Assembly (NCBI GenBank): GCA_046563655.1
Contig: CM102287.1
Location: 1,612,001-1,676,000 of the forward strand
DNA from: Yuukianura sp. NJ FZ-2021
Taxonomy: Eukaryota
Direction of reading: 5' to 3'
DNA: 64,000 nucleotides
The notes under the pieces were generated by a model. It was not told where the DNA came from, made no database searches, and worked only from the letters and a program-made list of their open reading frames with translations. Positions 40,344 through 49,360 of the stretch are shown here, piece by piece (position 1 is the stretch's first letter; every line of letters begins with the position of its first letter). The translations under genes and the position numbers were made by a program.

Positions 40344-42040
40344 GTGGACTTGAGTGCCCATAGTACCGTAACCACGGCGTCAGGAACGAGGTCAAAGGTC
40401 AAGGCAGCAAGCATATCCAAGATGGCGGACAAGAGCAATGACACTGGGACACCTAAGGCTGTTGCAGGAGTTGGAGCAGCAGGGACCAGCATTAGCATAC
40501 TTCCGTCTACAGAAACAGAAATCATGAAGAAACTGGTGAGGTCATTGAAAGGCTTTTCTATGGATCTCCAGTATTTCCAAATGGAAATTGAAGAGTATGT
40601 AACTACTCCAGCAACAGTCACGAGTACTGCTTTGGTCGTCGAACGTAAGAAACTGGATAATTTTGAATCTATGTTGAGTTCGATCAGACAGGAAATTTAC
40701 ATGAATTGTGAAGACGATGACAAGCTTCGCGAACAGGCAAAGGAAATTAACATATGCGACAAATTCATAAAGAGGATTCGCACAAGGCTTATCTCTCTCG
40801 AGTTAAATGCTGGACTCTGCACCACAGGGGAACAGAGCCAAAGCACACAGATGAAGGTCAACATGCCCAAGTTGGAGTTGCCCACGTTCAATGGAAAATA
40901 CGAGGAATGGTTAAGTTACAGGGACTTAATGCTAACCTACGTTGTTAATAATGCTTCTCTTTCAGGAAGCCAGAAATTAGGTTATTTACAACCAACCCTA
41001 AAGGGAGAGGCAGAGGAAACGTTGAAGTACTTTGACCTCAGCAATGGATCCTTCGAAGAGGCTTGGGAGACGCTGAAGGAGCGTTACGAGAACCCTCGTC
41101 AGATAATTTTTGCATTTTTGCAGAAAATGTTCAATTTTAAACCAATTGCGCAGGAGACTCCTCAGTCTTTACGCAAATTATTGGATGTATTTAACATGTC
41201 CATTAGACAGTTGCAGGTTTTGAAAGAGCCTGTGTGTCACTGGGATTCTATACTTATCTTTTTGATTCTAGAAAAACTTTCGCCAGAGACAAAAAAGGAA
41301 TGGACAAAGAATTTCAAGGGAACGAGCATGCCAGCATTTTCGGAGGTCAAGGACTTCCTCGAGGATCATTTAAGATCACTCAATGTCACTTCTGGTGATA
41401 AGTCGCGTACTGACAGTCAGAAGGCGATTGACAAGAACAAGGAAAGGAAGGTGCACACTGTGTCAGGCAGTCACCCGAAACCATGTCTTAAGTGTTCTGG
41501 AGAGCATGGATTATTCAAATGTCCAGAATTTGGAGCCTTGCCTCAGGACCAAAGGGAAAAGTACGTAAGGGCTAATAAACTTTGTCTGAATTGTTTAAGG
41601 CCTGCGCACACTGCAGAAAATTGTCGTGCTCCTTTCACTTGCGGAAAGTGTAAGAAGAAGCACAATACACTCCTTCATCGTGAGAAACCACAACCAAGGT
41701 CCGAAGGTCAACCAAGGTCAGAAGTTCAACCAAGGTCAGAAGGTCAACAAGGCACTTCGACATCAGCCAACCATTGCGCCGGTGCGCGTGTGGTTTTAGC
41801 CACAGCCATTGTCAACGTGCAGAATTCGCTTGGAGATCTTCAAAGTTGTCGAGTCCTACTCGATCAAGGTTCGGAATCAAATTTCATTTCAGAACGATGT
41901 GTAAAATTTTTAGGTTTAAACCGTCGTGGAACTGACGTCAGAATCACAGGGATTTCTGGAGCCATGGTGCAGAGGGCACTTGGAGAAACGTCATTCCAAA
42001 TTGAGTCAATGGCAAAAAATTATAAGTTCACTGTTAATGC
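40344..42040 (+). pseudogene. gag: BEL gag-pol part 1: Gag with three zinc knuckles and aspartic protease (first ATG at 40422)
   Basis: KLELPTFNGKYEEW (DUF1759-like), CLKCSGEHGLFKC, CLNCLRPAHTAENC, CGKCKKKHNTLLH, protease LLDQGS; interrupted at 42041 by the foldback element. Confidence 0.93.
41691..41744 (+). repeat. 18-bp coding tandem repeat x3 (QPRSEG/V) in the BEL Gag-protease linker
   Basis: CAACCAAGGTC(C/A)GAAG(G/T)T three times. Confidence 0.85.
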
Positions 42041-42372
42041 CATCGAGTTACCAAGACAATTCGATTTTTTTTCTTTTAACTAGAGTGGACATAAGGCATT
42101 TTTTCAACAAAATTTTTGAAACATTTCTAGAGCGGATAAAAACCGCTTTCATCTCAACTTTAAGCCAGTTTCACACAAACTATGAACTGCAGGTGTCATT
42201 TTTGTCAGACAAAAGGACACCTGCAGTTCGTAGTTTGTGTGAAACTGGCTTAAAGTTGAGATGAAAGCGGTTTTTATCCGCTCTAGAAATGTTTCAAAAA
42301 TTTTGTTGAAAAAATGCCTTATGTCCACTCTAGTTAAAAGAAAAAAAATCGAATTGTCTTGGTAACTCGATG
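42041..42372. mobile_element. 332-bp foldback MITE, probably P-element superfamily
   Basis: The whole element is a near-perfect palindrome CATCGAGTTACC...GGTAACTCGATG centred near 42207; 8-bp TSD GTTAATGC (42033-42040 / 42373-42380). Confidence 0.9.
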
Positions 42373-42432
42373 GTTAATGCTTTGATTTTACCAAAGGTAA
42401 CAGGTACATTGCCATCATTTCAAATTAATCCA

Positions 42433-42872
42433 TGTTGAAAATTGCTAATAAACTCAGTCGTATAAATCACTTTTGGATTTTGAAGTTTTATTTATTTGAA
42501 CAATAAACTTGTAGTTTCTACGAGGCACCACTGACGCTTTTTCCTATCTAGATCACTTGTATTTATATGGCTACACTAACCTTAATTTTAATATTAGTCA
42601 CTGACCTAGTGTCCTTGACAAAAACGATTTCCTACGTATTTTCTTAGAACCTACGTCAACTATGACTTTTCCTTGTCCTTGTCTATTATGTTATTGTAAA
42701 CTAAATGAGGTGACTTAATTACCTACTTTATAATTAGTTTACCAATTCCTGTTTTGCTCCTTAACCTAATTTACATTCACGTCAATAGTGACAGATGTCC
42801 TAATTCTAATTCATTATTCTGACGCATATTCTTGTTTGTATGATTTAATCTATTCTAACCATATTTTTAACA
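42433..42872 (-). repeat. Copia 3' LTR
   Basis: TGTT...AACA; preceded on the minus strand by the purine tract GAGAAGGG (42873-42880). Confidence 0.96.
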
Positions 42873-42905
42873 CCCTTCTCAAACAAGAATATGTTACCTG
42901 TAAAT

Positions 42906-44564
42906 CTAACTGATAATGATGTGATGATTGCTGACGGTTGGAGTTTCCGGTACAGGTTGTTGACGTGGGACAGGTGGATTCAAAACCTCCATTTCAATTC
43001 CTGGAGGACTTGAGCGTGTTGCTACTAGACGTCGCCTAGTTAGAAAGTGTTGGCGTCTGTGGTAATAACGAACTCCCATCTTCATGGCAATTAAGCTCCC
43101 AGGGACGAGAATGAAAAGTACTGCCAATCCCCACCAATTGTTTGAGGAGGATGAATCCGAAAATTCGAATTCTTTAATGTGGTGCGTCTTTTCTTCTATG
43201 TCCTGTATTTCTTTGTTCCAAAACTTGTCAAGTTCTTCCACGGATTGATTTGACGCTTTCACCGGATTGAGATGCCAATTCAACTGGCTTCTTAGAATCG
43301 GATCTTCTGTTTCCGTGTAGATTTTTTGTAAAATGTTGCCAGTGTAATTAACCCCATTCAACGTAAAGGATGTTGACAATGGAAGAGTGAACACACTGTT
43401 GGAACACGGAATCTTTCTTCCATTGTATTCTATGTTGCTGGACGGACAGTAGATATAGTATTCGTTGTCATAGAATTTCACTTGGGTGAAAGGTGGTAAT
43501 GGTGTTTGTGTAGCTTCACAAGTATCTACTTGGAAATATTCCTGCTGAGTTTTCTGCAGCGAATTTTTGCAAGTTTGCGTCGTGCTCAAAATAAAGTCCT
43601 TGTTCAATTTCTCATTGAAAGTATCAAAAATGCAGTCACGTGTGGTAGACATGATGACGGACTTCGGACCCCGATATTGAAGAAAACATGTTTTGTTTCC
43701 TACCGTTTGTCGTATTTTGAAAGTGTCAGCCTCGAACAGGATCAGTGACGGATCAACATTTGGAACGGTAAAATCCAAATGGATTTCATCGTCGTCATCC
43801 ATATAGCATCCAGTAAAGGTGCCGTGGGTCACAGGGCAATTACTTCCACAAGGTAAGGTGATGTTGAAGTAAGAGAAAAAATCATTACTTAGTTGACGGC
43901 TGCGCCACAGTTCTCCAGTCTGGAGTATGACTTGTCTTCCTTCTAACATCCGACCCATTAAGTAAGAAACGACATAAGCCCATTCCACAGCTTCTTGTTG
44001 GTTATTCAGAACTTGATTACGAATTTGATCCAATTTTCCCGCCAATTTAAGAATTTCTTTTTGTAGCACACTCTTGTTGATTTCAAAGTTTCGGAAAACT
44101 TTTTTCTCGAGGTCGTCTAGCACAATTTTCATTTCTTCTTGTCGTGTTTGCACTGACATTGATTTGGTGAGGGCTAGTCCACCTAGTCCAATGCCGGTGG
44201 TGGCAATGGCGGCAACTACCAAAATACCAATGGCAAGAAATAACTCTCTCTTCCCTCTTGCCATTGAGGTATTTGGTTGTGGAGGGCAGATCTTTTTCAA
44301 ATTGTCCAATACAATCTCGTGATAATTGTCCTCGCACTTGTCTATCACTTCATTGATGAATCGACTTCCGGGGTCACGTGGTGAAAGAAGATCACACGGC
44401 GACACAAGTTTAATTCTGGATTGAACTATGTGAAAGCCAGTCACAACGGGAGTAGGATTTCGTCGCCAGATAACGAATTGACCCTGCTTGTGAGCAGGAA
44501 CCACTGAGCCATCTCCGATGGTACCCATGGTGATCAGAAGAAGAAGGCAGCAAATGAAATGCAT
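42906..44564 (-). CDS. env: Envelope-like class I fusion glycoprotein (552 aa from the signal-peptide Met), in frame with the upstream RNase H
   Basis: Signal-like MHFICCLLLLITMGTIG, furin motif RGKR followed by hydrophobic ELFLAIGILVVAAIATTGIGLGGLAL, heptad-like helix, Cys-rich ectodomain with N-x-S/T sequons, TM segment WWGLAVLFILVPGSLIAM, basic cytoplasmic tail. Confidence 0.85.
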   Translation of the reverse strand: MHFICCLLLLITMGTIGDGSVVPAHKQGQFVIWRRNPTPVVTGFHIVQSRIKLVSPCDLLSPRDPGSRFINEVIDKCEDNYHEIVLDNLKKICPPQPNTSMARGKRELFLAIGILVVAAIATTGIGLGGLALTKSMSVQTRQEEMKIVLDDLEKKVFRNFEINKSVLQKEILKLAGKLDQIRNQVLNNQQEAVEWAYVVSYLMGRMLEGRQVILQTGELWRSRQLSNDFFSYFNITLPCGSNCPVTHGTFTGCYMDDDDEIHLDFTVPNVDPSLILFEADTFKIRQTVGNKTCFLQYRGPKSVIMSTTRDCIFDTFNEKLNKDFILSTTQTCKNSLQKTQQEYFQVDTCEATQTPLPPFTQVKFYDNEYYIYCPSSNIEYNGRKIPCSNSVFTLPLSTSFTLNGVNYTGNILQKIYTETEDPILRSQLNWHLNPVKASNQSVEELDKFWNKEIQDIEEKTHHIKEFEFSDSSSSNNWWGLAVLFILVPGSLIAMKMGVRYYHRRQHFLTRRRLVATRSSPPGIEMEVLNPPVPRQQPVPETPTVSNHHIIIS

Positions 44565-47485
44565 TTTTCCAGTTTTAAATGTTGCACTAGAGTTGGTTGT
44601 TGTCGCGGACTCTGGAGTAGAACTGACAGTGGTTTTCAAAATTTTCCTTTTTACTGCATGTGCATAGGATGTGGGATGTTCATCAAGTCCCATTAACTTT
44701 CTTTTTCTCAGAAAAGTTTCTTTGTTTACTGCCTTGGTCAGGATATCCGCCGGTTGAACACTATCAGGAGTGTGCTGTAACGTGACCAACTTTTTGTCCA
44801 TCAAGTTGCGTATGTAGTGATGGCGGATGTCAATGTGTTTTGTCTTGTCATGATATTCTGGATTTTTGGCCAGTTTAATAGCACTCTGGGAATCAGTTTG
44901 AATGACAACTTGCTCTTGAGGATGACCACATTCAGCCAAAATGTGTCTCAAGCCAGATAGATTCTTTTCCGGCATGAGACAGAGCAATGTACTCTGCTTC
45001 AGTGCTAGATAACGCAATGCATGTTTGGCGTCTGCTTAGCCAGATAATGGGTGCTTCATTTATGGTGAATAGACAACCCGTAGTTGACTTTCTTGTGTTG
45101 ATGTCTGAGCCATAATCTGCGTCAACATAACCGTCCAATGTCAAGGTCGAGTCCTTTTTATATTCTATGGACAAGTCTGCTGTCCCTTTTAGATATCTCA
45201 GAATGTTTTTGGCGGCTTCCCAATGATCTTTGTCATAGGCGCCAAAGAAACGTGACAAATAGTGAACATTGTATGCTATGTCTGGTCTAGTACATCTAGC
45301 CAGGAACAATAAAGATCCTACTAATTCCTGATATTCAAAGTCTGAATTGCCTTTTGTCTCTGCTGTTTTAAGTTGTAAACCAGGACTCATTGGAATGTTA
45401 AGTGGTTTACAATTTGGACATATTGAATCCTTTCCAACATAGATTCAATGTACCTTTTTTGACTGATAACAATGCTATTTTTCTTTTGTTTGATCTCCAT
45501 GCCAAGAAACTTGGTCAAGTTTCCAACTGTCAATTTAAAGACATTTTGTAATCTCCCTAGGATTTGTTGATTTTCCTTTTTGTCATTTCCCATAATTATG
45601 CCGTCATCGACATAAATTATGATGAAAGTAATTTTGTTATCCTGTGCTCTCTTGTAAACGCAATAATCCGACGTGAGAGCTGAAAAACCTAATTTTTGAA
45701 GTTCGTTGTTCAAAGTATTATTCCAGCACCGGGGCGCTTGCTTGAGTCCGTACAAGCCCTTCTTAAGGAGACAGACTAAACTCTCTCCTTTAATGCTAGT
45801 ACCTTGAACTTCGAAACCTTCAGGTTGCTCCATGTATATTTCTTCGTCTAAATTGCTATTCAAGAAGGCTGTGGCAATATCGAATTGAATCATATCCCAG
45901 CTTTCTTGAGCAGCTAGAGCCAGCATTATTCGAATTGTTTCATAACGACAAACCGGGGCAAAAGTTTCTTCGTAATCGACCCCTTCTACTTGATTAAAGC
46001 CTTTTACTACTAATCTGGCTTTATATTTTTCAATTGTTCCGTCAGGGTTGGTCTTAATGCGAAATACCCATCGATTTTTGAGTATTTTCCTTTCCAAGGG
46101 TCTTGATACTAAAATCCACGTTTTGTTTTGGAGTTGACTTTTGAACTCATCTTCCATTGCCTGTTTCCATTCGTCAGCTTCTTGTGTTCGAATGGCCTCT
46201 TTGTAAGAGTTGGGAACAGTTTGTTGTACAAACATTTGGAATTTTGAATTTTTGGCCTGCAAGCGAGCGGACCTGCGCAGTGTGTTTTCAGTACTACCAG
46301 CAGTAGTATTAACCGTTGCGTTAAGAGACTCATTGTCATGCGTGAGTTCCGGTGTCATTTCGACTGAATTATTTTCAGTGTCCGATTTGATTTGTAAATT
46401 TTCAATATTTACATAATCACAATCCGTGTTAAATTTTTTGTTTTCTGCGGGAGAAACAATTCTGTATTCTCCTGTCAAATCCTTCCTTAGAACAATTTTA
46501 TTGCTGTCAGGTTCAGATTTTGACGTATCCATTGAATCAATTTTTGTCTCTGGTTTTGGAAGTGTCTCTATTGCGGTGATATCTTCTTGGAAGATATTTC
46601 TGATTTTGATTTTTTCGACCTTTTCGTTAAATGACACGTGCTTTGTTTGTTCAAAGTAAACTCGATTTTCTGGACTGTAGAGCCTATACAAATCGTTGGC
46701 GGAGTTGTACCCCACCAGAATGCATCTTGTTGCTTTCTCTTCCCACTTGTTTGCGTTTGTCATTTTATGAGCGAAAGCTTCGCATCCAAAAGTCTTGACG
46801 TGATGTAATTTTGGCTTTTTACCAAAAATCATCTCATACGGCGTTTTGACTTTATTGCGGGAAGATAGAGTTCTATTCAGAAAATAGACTGCGGTTTTTA
46901 CCGCATCTTCCCAGAAAGTGTCATTTAGATTTGCCTCTATTATCATTGTACGAGATGCATCCTGAATGGTTCTGATGTCTCTTTCGATAAAACCGTTGCT
47001 CGCGCTTGAGTAAGGAGCATTTGTGCCCAACTGTATTCCCTTTTGGGACACAAACTGTTTTAACTCCTCATTAATTATTTCAGTGCCATTGTCACTCCGA
47101 ATGACTTTGACATGATTTCCCGTTTGATTAGCGATAAAGTGAACAGCGTCCTTAATATTTTTCACTGTCTCATCTTTAGTCTTCTGCGCATAAACTTGCC
47201 TGAAGTTGCTTGCCTGATCTTTAATGACTAGGAAATATTTATTTCCCTTTTTGGAGGTGGTATTTGCGTAACCCAGATCAAGGTGAAGACATTCACCCTC
47301 TTTGAAATTGCTTTCCGTCTGGCTGGATTTATATCCCTGTTTCTTTGATTTTCCCAAAAGACAGGAGTCACAAGTAAAATCTTCCTCCTTCATTTGCTCT
47401 AAACCAAGAGCAGCTTCTTTCTCTTTTGTCAATTTTAGAAATTCACCATTAATATGGGCAAGGCGCTTATGCCATGTTACTTCTT
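44565..47485 (-). pseudogene. pol: Copia Pol (integrase, RT, RNase H) split by single-base frameshifts near 45420 and 44950
   Basis: WHKRLAH...CDSC, LHLDL, IRSDNGTE, NGFIER, KYKARLVVKGF, YVDD, GYVDADY, SSTEAEY, KHIDIRHH, ADILTK. Confidence 0.95.
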
Positions 47486-48829
47486 TTATGCAGGTAAAAG
47501 CATGTTTTCTTTTATGGGCTTGAATTTCATGATTTGAAGCCCGTCCTTCCGAACGGCCTCAAGATCCGGCTCATTGTTCCAAAAGAACGTTATGTCCCCA
47601 AATCTATTTTTCATTACTTCAAAACCTTTTTCCAGAAGCACGTTTTCTGAAACTAGGTTTACGCCTTGGGGAATGTAATCCACGTTATGTAGTTCAATTT
47701 CCTCCCATCTTCCTTGTTTGTACGCATTTACTTTGACCGTGCCAAAGCCCTCAGCGTAACTGCACGTATTATTTGCCATATGAATTTCTTTGGGTTTCTC
47801 ATAGACTGTGAAATCTGAGAACCATTCTCGATTTCCACAGTAATGTTGATCTGCGCCAGAATCGTTTATCCATTGTTCTGCTAGATCGTCGCTCTGCCAT
47901 ACCATGTAGGCATTTCTATCTCTGTTTTCCCGTTTTCCCTGATCATTGGGTTTCCAATTTGGGTCTCGTTTATAGGTCCCTGTGTACGGGCGTATTTTTG
48001 TACCCTTAGGGATATTTTTGTATGAGACTGGAGTATTTTTATGAAAACAGTCTCTTGCCCAATGCCCCTTCTTGGAGCAAATTCTGCAAATATCATTTGA
48101 CTTGTCTTTGCGGTTGTTAAATTTTCCTTCTTTACCTTCATTAGAAAAGAAGGATTTTGATGCTGACTCATCAGCCTGTTTTTCTTTAGGTTGCTCTAAA
48201 TCCAAAGCTTTAAGTCGTGACAGGAGATTTCCTGTCGTTCTCCTTGAACTTTCGACCGACTTCCAAGCTTCCTTAAAATGCTTGTATTTGTTATCGTCCA
48301 AACTGGTGATAACTCTTGAGACTTCAGACTCCTCGTCTACGACGGAGCCTAATGACCTCAATTGAACCGCAAGGTTTTGGATTTCAATCATTGCCTGAAG
48401 AGCGCTTTTTTCGCTGCTTGTTTTGACGTTATAGAATTTTTGCCAGAGCAGTCCTTTTGACTCTCCGCTTACGTCTTGATGAATTGTTGCCAGTTTGTTC
48501 CATGCTTCTGCAGCAGTGGAACAACTTGCAATGGAACTTAGCTCTTTGTCCTTAATGCAAAGATAAATGCAACTTATTGCCTCGTTATTATGCTTGTCCC
48601 ACTTGCTCTGGTCAACGCCTGCATTTGCAGGTCTTGGCGTAGTCCCATTGACTACCTTCAAAATGTCGTGTGCTCTAAACAAGCTTTCTAACCTCAGCTT
48701 CCACGTTATGTAATTGTCTTCGTTAAGTTTTGTAATGGAATCAGTATCGAATTTTTTGTTTAAAAAATGGTAACTTGTTACGGTCTCACCGGGCACAGCT
48801 ACAGATGATTGGTTAGAGTTGGAGGCCAT
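47486..48829 (-). CDS. gag: Copia Gag plus protease; frame break near 47500 before integrase
   Basis: KLNEDNYITWK, zinc knuckle CRICSKKGHWARDC, protease WINDSGADQH. Confidence 0.93.
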   Translation of the reverse strand: MASNSNQSSVAVPGETVTSYHFLNKKFDTDSITKLNEDNYITWKLRLESLFRAHDILKVVNGTTPRPANAGVDQSKWDKHNNEAISCIYLCIKDKELSSIASCSTAAEAWNKLATIHQDVSGESKGLLWQKFYNVKTSSEKSALQAMIEIQNLAVQLRSLGSVVDEESEVSRVITSLDDNKYKHFKEAWKSVESSRRTTGNLLSRLKALDLEQPKEKQADESASKSFFSNEGKEGKFNNRKDKSNDICRICSKKGHWARDCFHKNTPVSYKNIPKGTKIRPYTGTYKRDPNWKPNDQGKRENRDRNAYMVWQSDDLAEQWINDSGADQHYCGNREWFSDFTVYEKPKEIHMANNTCSYAEGFGTVKVNAYKQGRWEEIELHNVDYIPQGVNLVSENVLLEKGFEVMKNRFGDITFFWNNEPDLEAVRKDGLQIMKFKPIKENMLLPA

Positions 48830-48906
48830 GGCGTCTTCTAAGCTGGCTGGATTCTTCTAGAATGGACTCTTTTGGTAGATCGTCAAGATCGCGTAGATCG
48901 TGTAGA

Positions 48907-48920
48907 TCGTGCTGATAACG
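48907..48920 (-). promoter_or_regulatory. Copia primer-binding site CGTTATCAGCACGA, probable half-tRNA-Ile primer
   Basis: Directly abuts the 5' LTR and lacks TGG; the plus strand TCGTGCTGATAACG resembles the recalled tRNA-Ile(AAT) anticodon arm with G at the wobble position. Confidence 0.65.
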
Positions 48921-49360
48921 TGTTGAAAATTGCTAATAAACTCAGTCGTATAAATCACTTTTGGATTTTGAAGTTTTATTTATTTGAACAATAAACTTGT
49001 AGTTTCTACGAGGCACCACTGACGCTTTTTCCTATCTAGATCACTTGTATTTATATGGCTACACTAACCTTAATTTTAATATTAGTCACTGACCTAGTGT
49101 CCTTGACAAAAACGATTTCCTACGTATTTTCTTAGAACCTACGTCAACTATGACTTTTCCTTGTCCTTGTCTATTATGTTATTGTAAACTAAATGAGGTG
49201 ACTTAATTACCTACTTTATAATTAGTTTACCAATTCCTGTTTTGCTCCTTAACCTAATTTACATTCACGTCAATAGTGACAGATGTCCTAATTCTAATTC
49301 ATTATTCTGACGCATATTCTTGTTTGTATGATTTAATCTATTCTAACCATATTTTTAACA
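48921..49360 (-). repeat. Copia 5' LTR
   Basis: 440-bp direct repeat of 42433-42872. Confidence 0.96.

Larger units (their letters stand above)
42433..49360 (-). mobile_element. Full-length Ty1/Copia LTR retrotransposon with envelope-like extension
   Basis: 440-bp LTRs that appear identical, 5-bp TSD ATCCA (42428-42432 / 49361-49365), domain order Gag-PR-IN-RT-RH, polypurine tract next to the 3' LTR. Confidence 0.97.

Noticed and set aside
49276..49360. N-terminus of the 495-aa ORF as a real protein start
   Set aside because: It lies in the Copia LTR and merely reads in frame into the interrupted BEL pol.
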